Origin: an uncultured Bacilli bacterium
GTDB lineage: Bacteria; Bacillota_I; Bacilli_A; RF39; UBA660
Assembly: GCA_947600335.1 (NCBI GenBank)
Contig: CANQGB010000002.1
Span: forward strand, 1 to 61,758
DNA length: 61,758 nucleotides
Direction of reading: 5' to 3'
The notes under the pieces were generated by a model that was not told the origin of the DNA, searched no databases, and was given only the letters and a program-made list of their open reading frames with translations. Below, piece after piece: positions 36,132-44,525 of this stretch (positions within the stretch are counted from its first letter, which is position 1; every line of letters starts with the position of its first letter). Made by a program: the position numbers and the translations under genes.

Positions 36132-38376
36132 CAGTATTTTCCTCCTCTTTTAATTTAACTAATACTTCACGAGGTTTACTACCATTTTGAGGTCCAATAA
36201 TACCTCGGTCTTCTAACAAATCAATAATTCGCGCAGCCCGATTATAGCCTAATCTAAAACGCCGTTGTAAAAGAGAAGCACTTACTTTTCCTGTCGAAAT
36301 AGCAAATTTAACTATTTCATCATATAATGGGTCATCACTATCATCATTCGGAGCATCAATACCAACTGGACTTGAACCTTCAATATTACTATTAATCATT
36401 AAAGAATCATCGTATGAAGCAGCTTGTTCTTTACAAACATATTTAATTATTTTATCAATCTCGGCATCTGATATGAAACAACCTTGAATACGAGTTGTCG
36501 AATTGGCTCCCATTGGTAAATAAAGCATATCACCTTTACCTAAAAGTTTTTCGGCACCTGAGGTATCCAAAATGGTCCGAGAATCAATATAAGAAGCAAC
36601 GGAGAAAGCAATCCGCGATGGAATATTAGTTTTGATAACCCCCGTAATTACATCAGTTGATGGTCTTTGAGTAGCTACGATTAAATGAATACCAGCAGCC
36701 CGGGCTAATTGGGTAATTCGCATGATGGAATCTTCGACTTCTTTTTTAGCGACAATCATTAAATCAGCCATTTCATCAACTATTACAACTAAGTAATTCA
36801 TTTTTGGTTGAGGACTATCGGGATTTTTTTGGTTTTCTTCTTCAATTATGCGGTTATAGTCAGCAATTTTTTTGGCACCTTTTTCCGCTAAAACGCGATA
36901 CCTTCGGTCCATTTCATTAACCACTTTTTGTAAAGTTAAAGCCGCCTTTTTCGGGTCAGTTACAACTGGACACATTAAATGAGGAACACCATTATAATTA
37001 GACAATTCTACTTGTTTAGGGTCGACAAGTACTAACTTTACCTCATCCGGCCGATAACGCATTAACAAAGAAGCAATAATACTATTAATACAAACTGATT
37101 TACCACTACCGGTAGAACCAGCCACTAATAAATGGGGCATTGTTGTTAAATCAGCATTAACCGTACAACCAGTTAAATCTTTACCTAAAGTAACCAACAA
37201 ACCTTTCTTAATTTTTTCGGGATTAGCATCGACCATAACTTCTTTAATTTTAACCGCACTTATCTCGCGATTAGGAATTTCGACACCAATGGTACTTTTA
37301 CCTGGAATTGGGGCTTCGATTCTAACATCTTTCGCCGCTAAAGCCAAAGCAATTTCTTTATTTATACTACTTATGCGACTAAGTTTTGTTCCCGTAGGCA
37401 CGACAACTTCATATTGAGTTACCGCGGGACCCACATGAATTTCGACAACTCGTCCGGCAATTTGGAAATCATTTAAAACACGTTCCAAAGATTCTTTATT
37501 GCTGCGAATAAACTCCGTTGAATTAACTTTCTTATTACGCGGACCATCATCTAATAAACTTAAAGGTGGTAAACGATAAGAATTATTTACCGCATTAGTT
37601 GAAGGAGCACTTGGTTCAGGAGCTTTAACATTTTCAATCAAACGTGGTTCTTCAACGGGTTCTTTATTATAATTATGCTTTAATTCTTCCACACTGGTAA
37701 TGACAATTTTATCATCCTCTTCATCCATTCCAGCTCCCGTAATTGGTACAAGTTCATTTTCACTAGCATGGTGTTCTTTAGAATGAGGCTTTTTAATCTT
37801 AAACATTTTCTTTAAAATATTGCCTAAATTCAAATTAAAGGTCATAACTAAACTAAATAAGAATAAAATCGTTAAGACAATATAAGTACCCGTAAGGCCA
37901 AATAAACTCGAAACGACAAAAGAACTAGCCGCACCCAGGATACCTCCCCCAATAACTATTGAAGTAGCTCCAGTGGAATTTAAGATATTTTCTTTATTAA
38001 TGCTATCAACTCTGTCCATATAATTATTAATAGTTTCTTGAAAAATATTGACTGGTTTATCAACTGTCTTCACAAAAGTCATGTGAGATAAAACCAAAAC
38101 AATTATTATAAAAATATAAATGCCAATTAATTTAGCTTGAAAAAAATTAGGGAATTTTCTTTTAATCAGCATGTAAATACCTAAAGCCAAGATTAAAATT
38201 AAAACACAAAACCACCATTCGCCTAATAAAAACATGGCAAATTCTTTCAAAATGGCTCCGACCGGCCCAAATCCAAAACCGATTAACCCAATTAAAATCA
38301 GAACTAAACCTGTTAGTTCAACACTATATTCAAATTTATTAGCACTTTCTTCTTTCGTTTTTTTCTTCTTGGCCAT
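36124..38376 (-). CDS. ftsK: DNA translocase FtsK/SpoIIIE
   Basis: N-terminal TM helices, a linker, a motor domain with Walker A GSTGSGKS and Walker B VVIVDEMADL, and a C-terminal gamma wHTH (LLQRRFRLGYNRAARIID). Confidence 0.95.
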   Translation of the reverse strand: MAKKKKTKEESANKFEYSVELTGLVLILIGLIGFGFGPVGAILKEFAMFLLGEWWFCVLILILALGIYMLIKRKFPNFFQAKLIGIYIFIIIVLVLSHMTFVKTVDKPVNIFQETINNYMDRVDSINKENILNSTGATSIVIGGGILGAASSFVVSSLFGLTGTYIVLTILFLFSLVMTFNLNLGNILKKMFKIKKPHSKEHHASENELVPITGAGMDEEDDKIVITSVEELKHNYNKEPVEEPRLIENVKAPEPSAPSTNAVNNSYRLPPLSLLDDGPRNKKVNSTEFIRSNKESLERVLNDFQIAGRVVEIHVGPAVTQYEVVVPTGTKLSRISSINKEIALALAAKDVRIEAPIPGKSTIGVEIPNREISAVKIKEVMVDANPEKIKKGLLVTLGKDLTGCTVNADLTTMPHLLVAGSTGSGKSVCINSIIASLLMRYRPDEVKLVLVDPKQVELSNYNGVPHLMCPVVTDPKKAALTLQKVVNEMDRRYRVLAEKGAKKIADYNRIIEEENQKNPDSPQPKMNYLVVIVDEMADLMIVAKKEVEDSIMRITQLARAAGIHLIVATQRPSTDVITGVIKTNIPSRIAFSVASYIDSRTILDTSGAEKLLGKGDMLYLPMGANSTTRIQGCFISDAEIDKIIKYVCKEQAASYDDSLMINSNIEGSSPVGIDAPNDDSDDPLYDEIVKFAISTGKVSASLLQRRFRLGYNRAARIIDLLEDRGIIGPQNGSKPREVLVKLKEEENTDE

Positions 38377-38395
38377 ACCACTTCACCTATTATCA

Positions 38396-38425
38396 ATTAT
38401 AGCATGCCTCTATTTTTAATTGCAA
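38396..38425 (-). promoter_or_regulatory. Promoter TTGCAA-18-TATAAT upstream of ftsK
   Basis: Read on the minus strand, directly after the upstream gene's terminator. Confidence 0.5.
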
Positions 38426-38449
38426 AAAAAAAGTGCCTAATTTGACACT
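38424..38449 (-). terminator. Terminator after the 299-aa gene
   Basis: The minus strand reads AGTGTC-AAATTA-GGCACT (one G-U pair) followed by T9. Confidence 0.6.
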
Positions 38450-39347
38450 ACTTATAAATTTTTTTTCTTAAAATGTAATCATTGTCAGTTTGATAATTAT
38501 GCATAATATTTTTTACTTTTTCTAACGATACAGCATAGAATTTATAATAACCATTTATCGGGCGATAACAATAATAATAAGTTTCTTGATTAACTATAAT
38601 AAGCGCAATTTGAATATAAGTATTTTTTTCTAAATCATAATAGTTCACAAATTTAAAATAATATTTTCGAGGTAAAAAGAAATCTGCTAAAGCACCTAAA
38701 TATTCGTTACCACTGGCAAAGTTCACATTAGACCTAGGAAAATTTAAAATCGTTTCAATAGCCTTTATCGCTTTAAAAACATATTCTTCTTCGGTTAAAT
38801 TTTCCTTTTGGAGTTCTTTTTTTATGGTATGAAGAATATCTAAAGTATTAACATCTCTTTTATAATTTAATAATTTATCAATATCTTGTAATAAATTTCT
38901 TTGTTTTTCTTCATCTTTTAAAATATAAAAATCATTAGTAGGTAAGCCAAATTTCATATCGACATAATCTAGATTTTTACCAGAAAAATCAGCATGAATT
39001 AAATAATCCTCTAACTCTATTTTCACAAAACTGTGTCTAGTACCATCACTAAAAAATTTATTTATAATATGAGCATTTATCCCATAATCTTGCAATAAAC
39101 TTTTATATAAATGACTCCATTCGGTACAAATCAAAGTATTTTTTGTTATATTATCTTTATCTACCTTATTAGATAGCATCGCCATTTTTTCTTTTAAATT
39201 AGCAAAATAATAACGCGCATCAAAGTCAAATAATTCTCCTAATCTTAAATAGATATAACGAGTAATTATTAATTTAGCTTTTAAAGATTTATCTTGTAAA
39301 ATATTTAAATTATCTATTTCATTTTGTAATTTAGCTTTTAAATTCAT
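38448..39347 (-). CDS. Hypothetical protein, possibly a transglutaminase-like Cys-His-Asp fold
   Basis: The order ICTEWSHLYKSLL ... RHSFVKIEL ... IHADFS resembles the C / H / D order of transglutaminase-like proteases. This is a weak assignment. Confidence 0.5.
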   Translation of the reverse strand: MNLKAKLQNEIDNLNILQDKSLKAKLIITRYIYLRLGELFDFDARYYFANLKEKMAMLSNKVDKDNITKNTLICTEWSHLYKSLLQDYGINAHIINKFFSDGTRHSFVKIELEDYLIHADFSGKNLDYVDMKFGLPTNDFYILKDEEKQRNLLQDIDKLLNYKRDVNTLDILHTIKKELQKENLTEEEYVFKAIKAIETILNFPRSNVNFASGNEYLGALADFFLPRKYYFKFVNYYDLEKNTYIQIALIIVNQETYYYCYRPINGYYKFYAVSLEKVKNIMHNYQTDNDYILRKKIYK

Positions 39348-39393
39348 ATAAATTCCCCTTTTGTTGGTTATTTATTATAACCATTTAGGGGTT

Positions 39394-40407
39394 TTAGTCA
39401 ACCTTTTTTAATTTTACTAAACCGGTAAACAATAAAGGATGCATTAAAAATTCTAACGAATCGGCTTTATCGACTAAAGTTAAAAGCCAAGCTTCTTTAC
39501 TCCGCGGTATTCTTTTATTTAAAGGAAACATGTGGGTTTCAATCATACTGCATATCTTCGGATTCATTAATTCAGGGAAATATTTTTCAGCATTAACTCG
39601 AGCTTCATGGGCATGAACAAAACCGTGCTTTTGGAAAAATTTAGTTTTCTTCTTTTTTACTTGCCAAGGATTACTATAAAAATCATGTAATAAACCTGCG
39701 ATAGCTAAAGATTTATAATCTAATTTAAATTTTTTACCAATTTTATAACAATCAAGCGAAACTCTTAAAACATGGTCATAAACACTTTCATTGTAGTGAT
39801 GCATAAAATTCTTGCGCTTTTGAAATTCTTTACTATTTAAAATATCTTTAACAATTCTATAATATTCACTTTCCAGATTTTTTAATTTTTTTTTTAGCTT
39901 TTTATGTTGATTATACGAGATCGCATATTTGATTAAACACAATATTTGTAAGATGATTGTTATAATTAAGAAGACATTCAAAGAAATATTGATTTGTGGG
40001 AAGATAATTCTTAAGAAACCTAATAAAATGGTAAAAAAGATTATCCAAGTTTTAATCTTACCTATTAATAATGATTCGACAATACGCAATTTATAATAGT
40101 AATAAACATTAAAAGAAGCAATTAACGTTTCTAAAATAAAGACAATAATAAAATATTCATTTTGGGTTATTAAAACAATCAATAAACTAAAGGCTAATAC
40201 TTTATCGGCAATGGTATCTAATTTTGCTCCTAATTCACTAGTAGTATGCCACATCCGAGCTAATTTACCATCTAAAAAATCAGTTAAAGCAATAAATACG
40301 GCAATGATTAATAAGGCTAAATAATGTTTACTTAAACCTAAATAAATAATTAATGGAGTAACAACTATTCGCGAGATAGTTAAAAGATTCGGAATATACT
40401 TTTTCAT
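39394..40407 (-). CDS. pgsA: CDP-alcohol phosphatidyltransferase (PgsA-like) fused to a C-terminal HD-domain phosphohydrolase
   Basis: A perfect CDP-alcohol signature, DFLDGKLARMWHTTSELGAKLDTIADK, and about 5 TM helices in aa 1-165. The HD domain follows: YDHVLRV, LLHDF, HGFVHAHEA, LVDKADS. Confidence 0.8.
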   Translation of the reverse strand: MKKYIPNLLTISRIVVTPLIIYLGLSKHYLALLIIAVFIALTDFLDGKLARMWHTTSELGAKLDTIADKVLAFSLLIVLITQNEYFIIVFILETLIASFNVYYYYKLRIVESLLIGKIKTWIIFFTILLGFLRIIFPQINISLNVFLIITIILQILCLIKYAISYNQHKKLKKKLKNLESEYYRIVKDILNSKEFQKRKNFMHHYNESVYDHVLRVSLDCYKIGKKFKLDYKSLAIAGLLHDFYSNPWQVKKKKTKFFQKHGFVHAHEARVNAEKYFPELMNPKICSMIETHMFPLNKRIPRSKEAWLLTLVDKADSLEFLMHPLLFTGLVKLKKVD

Positions 40408-40485
40408 AATTAGCCTCTTTTTTCTATATGCTTATTATAACAAAATTTAAGTCAAGAAAAAACATTAATTTTACTTAATGTCTTA

Positions 40486-40917
40486 TTATAAATATATTTT
40501 TAATTCTTCGATATTATGCTCCATTAATGTGATTAATTCTTGAGCAAGTTCCACTATTTCATTATCAGCATCCGGATTTTCATTTAAACCTTTATTCATT
40601 TTAATAATTCCTTTATTAGTGCCTTCAATCATCATCTTGGCTATTCGCCCATCTTCTTTTCCCATTAGTTTCATATCGCTCATCATTTTACTACTCATTT
40701 TAACCATGGTATTTAATTCGGGTTCTTGCGCACCATAAGAGGTTAAAATCGCACTAGTTTTGGTTAAGATTTTATTATATTCATCTTTTTGCTTTTGTAA
40801 GATTTCTCTTAAATCGGACTTATTAGCTTTATCAAAAACATCATTTATCCCTACTATTCCCATTTCACAAGTTTTACTAATAGAGTTTAAAAAACTAATA
40901 TTTTTATTTTCTTTCAT
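40486..40917 (-). CDS. Hypothetical helical protein (143 aa)
   Basis: The ATG at 40917 follows a GGGTGA RBS. No motif I recognise. Confidence 0.5.
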   Translation of the reverse strand: MKENKNISFLNSISKTCEMGIVGINDVFDKANKSDLREILQKQKDEYNKILTKTSAILTSYGAQEPELNTMVKMSSKMMSDMKLMGKEDGRIAKMMIEGTNKGIIKMNKGLNENPDADNEIVELAQELITLMEHNIEELKIYL

Positions 40918-40958
40918 CAAAAAATCACCCATTTTTATTATGAGTGATTAATTTATTT

Positions 40959-42593
40959 TTATACCTCTTGGACAACAGCAATAATCATTGGTTTGCATTC
41001 AGTTTCTTCATACAAGTATTTACTTAATTCAGTTCTGATATCGGTTTTTATTTTATTAAAATCAACAAAATTGTCAGTTATATTGCGGGTAATTATATCT
41101 TCCGAAATCCGTTTAATTTCTTTAATAATTTCTTTGGAATCTTTAACATAGATGAAGCCTCTGGTCGTTACTTCGGGACCAACTAATAAGGTTTTAGTCT
41201 TTTTACTTAAAGTCGCACTGATTAAGACAATACCATTTTCGCTTAGCATTTCCCTATCTTTAATAACTAATTCGCCAACATCATCGCTTGATTTACCATC
41301 AATTAAAACAGCATTTACTTTAATTTTTTCCGTAGTTTCTTTTAATTCGCCATCTTCAAATAAAACAACTTCCCCATTTTGTTTTAAAATAATATTTTCT
41401 TTAGGCATATTTAAACTACTAGCTAAATTAGCATTTTGAACCATAAACCGATATTCCCCTTTAACCGGCATATAATATTTTGGATTGACTAATTTTAACA
41501 TTAACATTAAATCTTCACTCGAAGCATGATGTAATATATTTTTATCTTTAGGGATAGAAACAATTCGACAACCTAACATCGAAAGTTCATTTTCAATTTT
41601 AACTAATAGTTTTTCGTTGCTATCATAACGCGGTTCGGCAAAAATTATGGTATCCGTTGGTTTTAATTTAACATATCTATCGTAACCGCTCATCGCTTTA
41701 CTAATTGAAGCATAAGGATTTTCTTTGTCATCACATAAAAGTAAAATAGCATCCTCATCATTGATGTTTGATAAATCGCCAAGTAAATCATCAGCAAAAG
41801 TTAAGTAACCTTCTTTTTTAGCAAAAGATACGACATTTTGTAGTTTCTTACCCATTAAAATTACTTTTCGATGTTTATTGGCGGCACTGTTAAAAATGTC
41901 TTGAATAGTATATAAATGGGTTGGTAAAACCAAATAAATTAAACGATTATTATACTTATTAACTAAATCTTTAAAAAATTCTTCTAAACGATGAGATGGT
42001 GAAGTATGCCCAATTTTTTCCGAAAAAGTAGATTCTGATAGTAAACATAAAACACCCATTTTTCCTACATAAGCAATTTTCCCTAAATCCATATCATAAT
42101 GGCCACTCATTTTCGGGTCAATAATAAAGTCGCCGGTATAACAAATGCTACCATCTTTAGTATTTACTACATACATGACAGCATCCGGACAACTATGAGA
42201 AACCGTGATTGGAAAAATACTTACACGCCCAAAGTTTAATTTTTTATGTGGTGTTATTTCAAAAATATTCTTCTCTGGTACTCCTGATTCCATTAAAACA
42301 TATTTCGTAAACTTTGTCGCATATAATCTTATAGTGGGAATACTTTTAATTAAATCACTAGCACTACCCATATTTTCATAATGACCATGGGTTAAAAAGA
42401 CACCCTTAATTCTTTTTTTATTTTTTACTAAATAATCAAAATCGGGAATAATATAATCGATACCAAACATATTACTTGAAGCATATTTTAAACCGCAATC
42501 AAAAACAAATATATCTTTATCTATTTCAATACAATAGGTATTCTTGCCATTTTCATCTAGGCCACCTAAACTAAATATTTTAATTTTACTCAT
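40959..42593 (-). CDS. rnj: Ribonuclease J (metallo-beta-lactamase / beta-CASP) with a degenerate HxHxDH motif
   Basis: N-terminus IKIFSLGGLDENGKNTYCIEIDKDIFVFDCG and a 544-aa RNase J architecture. Motif II reads HGHYEN. Confidence 0.85.
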   Translation of the reverse strand: MSKIKIFSLGGLDENGKNTYCIEIDKDIFVFDCGLKYASSNMFGIDYIIPDFDYLVKNKKRIKGVFLTHGHYENMGSASDLIKSIPTIRLYATKFTKYVLMESGVPEKNIFEITPHKKLNFGRVSIFPITVSHSCPDAVMYVVNTKDGSICYTGDFIIDPKMSGHYDMDLGKIAYVGKMGVLCLLSESTFSEKIGHTSPSHRLEEFFKDLVNKYNNRLIYLVLPTHLYTIQDIFNSAANKHRKVILMGKKLQNVVSFAKKEGYLTFADDLLGDLSNINDEDAILLLCDDKENPYASISKAMSGYDRYVKLKPTDTIIFAEPRYDSNEKLLVKIENELSMLGCRIVSIPKDKNILHHASSEDLMLMLKLVNPKYYMPVKGEYRFMVQNANLASSLNMPKENIILKQNGEVVLFEDGELKETTEKIKVNAVLIDGKSSDDVGELVIKDREMLSENGIVLISATLSKKTKTLLVGPEVTTRGFIYVKDSKEIIKEIKRISEDIITRNITDNFVDFNKIKTDIRTELSKYLYEETECKPMIIAVVQEV

Positions 42594-42915
42594 AAATCAT
42601 CTTCCTTTAATTTTCTTTTTTTTCTTTAATATAAAGTTTAATAGCAGAACCATTATAACAAAGATACTAGCTTTTTTCAAATAAAATGTGCCCGTAACAT
42701 AAATTAAGTGGAAGAAAAAAATATTAATCGACATTTTTCGACAATTTATTTAGGCATTTTACTATATATTAAAGTTGATTAAAATATAGCAATTATAATT
42801 AATCATAATTAAAAGTTAAAAATATCATGTTTAAATAGGAAATTTTAATTATTGGCAAATAAAATTATAATAGTTATATATGCAGTAAATAAATATTTAA
42901 AAGATGAGGTGGATT

Positions 42916-43152
42916 ATGAATAACTTAGTTTATGTACTGGAAGATTTTGGAAAAATTGACATTAAATTAAAGGAACTTTTAGCAAAGAAAGGAATCAGCC
43001 GCAATAAATTATGCACAATGATGGGTAGTAATTATGATTTAATTACTCGTTATTACAATAATAAAGTTACACGAGTTGATTTAGAAATCATTGCTAAAAT
43101 TTGCTTTGTTCTAAACTGCGATATTACAGATGTAATTGAATATAAAAAATAG
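42916..43152 (+). CDS. Small XRE/Cro-like HTH regulator (78 aa)
   Basis: IKLKELLAKKGISRNKLCTMMGSNYDLITRYYNNKVTRVDLEIIAKICFVLNCDITDVIEY. The RBS GAGGTGG precedes the ATG at 42916. Confidence 0.7.
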   Translation: MNNLVYVLEDFGKIDIKLKELLAKKGISRNKLCTMMGSNYDLITRYYNNKVTRVDLEIIAKICFVLNCDITDVIEYKK

Positions 43153-43167
43153 ACTTTAAGAAAAAGC

Positions 43168-43944
43168 CTATTTTTTTTCGGTTAATAATTCACTTAAATA
43201 AATTATATTTAAACCTTTAAAATTTATTTCTTTTAATAAAAGTTTTACTTCTTCTAAATTAGCATTTTTCTTTATTAAGATAATAGCTCCACTTTCAATA
43301 TTTTTTTTAACTTCTATAATATTATTAGAATTTAGATAAAATGTTTCTTCAAATAAATATTTGTTTTGCTTTTGACAAAATTCTTTCGTTAAAGTTTTTA
43401 TATAACAAAAATTTGTATTTTGATTATTTTTATTTAACAAAGTTTCAATATTGTTATACTTAGCATTGTCATTGTTTATTTGTTCTAACAAGTTAGTTTT
43501 ATTATAATCTTTTTCTTCTATGAGTATATCGGCTTTTATTTTATTTTCTTGAAAGTAACTCGCAATTTCGGAATTATTTTCTAAAATTAAAGCCACACTT
43601 TTTTTACTTTTATTACCTTGTTTAATAATTTTATCTTTATTATCTTGTAAAGAAATTTTCGGTTTGATTTCATCAAAAATTAAATAATATTCATTAAAAA
43701 TACCAAAAGATTTCATATTATTATAGCTTTTAGTTTTATTAATCATTCGGCCATTAATTCCAGGTGTTATATATTCTCCTTCAATTTGGGCATCCGTTGC
43801 TTCAGTAAAATAGGAGGCAGCAACTTCATTAATCCCCATCATAATTGGGCTTTTATTTTGCATAATAATAGCAATTTTTTCCGTATAATAAAAACTAAAG
43901 ACCATAATAGCAAATAAACCAAGTGTTTTATAAAATTTTTTCAT
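43168..43944 (-). CDS. Membrane-anchored hypothetical protein (258 aa)
   Basis: An N-terminal TM helix. The remainder is Asn/Lys-rich with no firm motif. Confidence 0.5.
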   Translation of the reverse strand: MKKFYKTLGLFAIMVFSFYYTEKIAIIMQNKSPIMMGINEVAASYFTEATDAQIEGEYITPGINGRMINKTKSYNNMKSFGIFNEYYLIFDEIKPKISLQDNKDKIIKQGNKSKKSVALILENNSEIASYFQENKIKADILIEEKDYNKTNLLEQINNDNAKYNNIETLLNKNNQNTNFCYIKTLTKEFCQKQNKYLFEETFYLNSNNIIEVKKNIESGAIILIKKNANLEEVKLLLKEINFKGLNIIYLSELLTEKK

Positions 43945-43967
43945 TTTATCACCTAGTTAAATATATG

Positions 43968-44309
43968 TTATTTCTTTGGTTCTTTTTCCGAATTTTTATT
44001 TGAAGAAAGAAAAGTTATTTTTTCAGCAATGACTTCCATAATATGCTTTTTTGTCTCATTTTCTTCGTATACTCTTGTTTGTAACCGCCCTTTTATGCCG
44101 ATGACATCACCAGTATGACAATATTCACAAGTATTACTAGCAATATTATTCCAAAGAATGCAACGAATAAAATCTGTTTCATAGATACCATCAATATTTT
44201 TATAAGGCCGATTGACGGCAATGGTTATTGAACTTCTTTTAGTGTTATTTTCAGAAAAAGTTATTTCTGGTTCACTAGTTAAACGACCAACTAATATTAC
44301 TTGATTCAT
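43968..44309 (-). CDS. ssb: Single-stranded DNA-binding protein lacking the acidic C-terminal tail (SsbB-like)
   Basis: OB-fold N-terminus MNQVILVGRLTSEPEITFSENNTKRSSITIAVNRPY...DFIRCILWNNIA. It ends in ...SSNKNSEKEPKK rather than D-D-D-(I/L)-P-F. The ATG at 44309 follows a GGAGG RBS. Confidence 0.8.
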   Translation of the reverse strand: MNQVILVGRLTSEPEITFSENNTKRSSITIAVNRPYKNIDGIYETDFIRCILWNNIASNTCEYCHTGDVIGIKGRLQTRVYEENETKKHIMEVIAEKITFLSSNKNSEKEPKK

Positions 44310-44353
44310 GAAATTCCTCCTTTCAAGAGGCATTAAATCATATTAACGATACT

Positions 44354-44471
44354 TTAGCAAATTGCAGATTTTGAAAATTTGCGCACACTTTTTAAAAATT
44401 TGCTTAAGCAGATTTTTAAATTTTGTAGACAGATTTACCGAATTTGTGCTCACTTTTGAAAAATTTGCTAA
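44354..44471. repeat. Array of five or six AAATTTG(C/T)-centred direct repeats phased at 21-22 bp, bracketed by a 10-bp inverted repeat (TTAGCAAATT / AATTTGCTAA)
   Basis: ATTTG cores start at 44377, 44398, 44420 (ATTTTG), 44442 and 44463. There are two unit types: AATTTG(C/T)GC(A/T)CACTTTT in 2 copies and AAATT..G..CAGATTT in 3 copies. The array lies upstream of ssb. Confidence 0.7.
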
Positions 44472-44525
44472 ATAAAAAAAAGTTAGCATTTGGCAATAGT
44501 TCAACACGCTAATCTTTTTTTAAGA

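Noticed and set aside
44354-44471. The repeat array upstream of ssb as a possible CRISPR array, or as ComK/ComX boxes
   Set aside because: The units are about 21 bp, degenerate and contiguous, with no unique spacers and no cas genes nearby, so it is not a CRISPR array. I found no AAAA-N5-TTTT ComK half-sites in proper register. Only an imperfect TACCGAAT, on the wrong strand, resembles the TACGAATA cin-box. The array is kept as an unexplained repeat.
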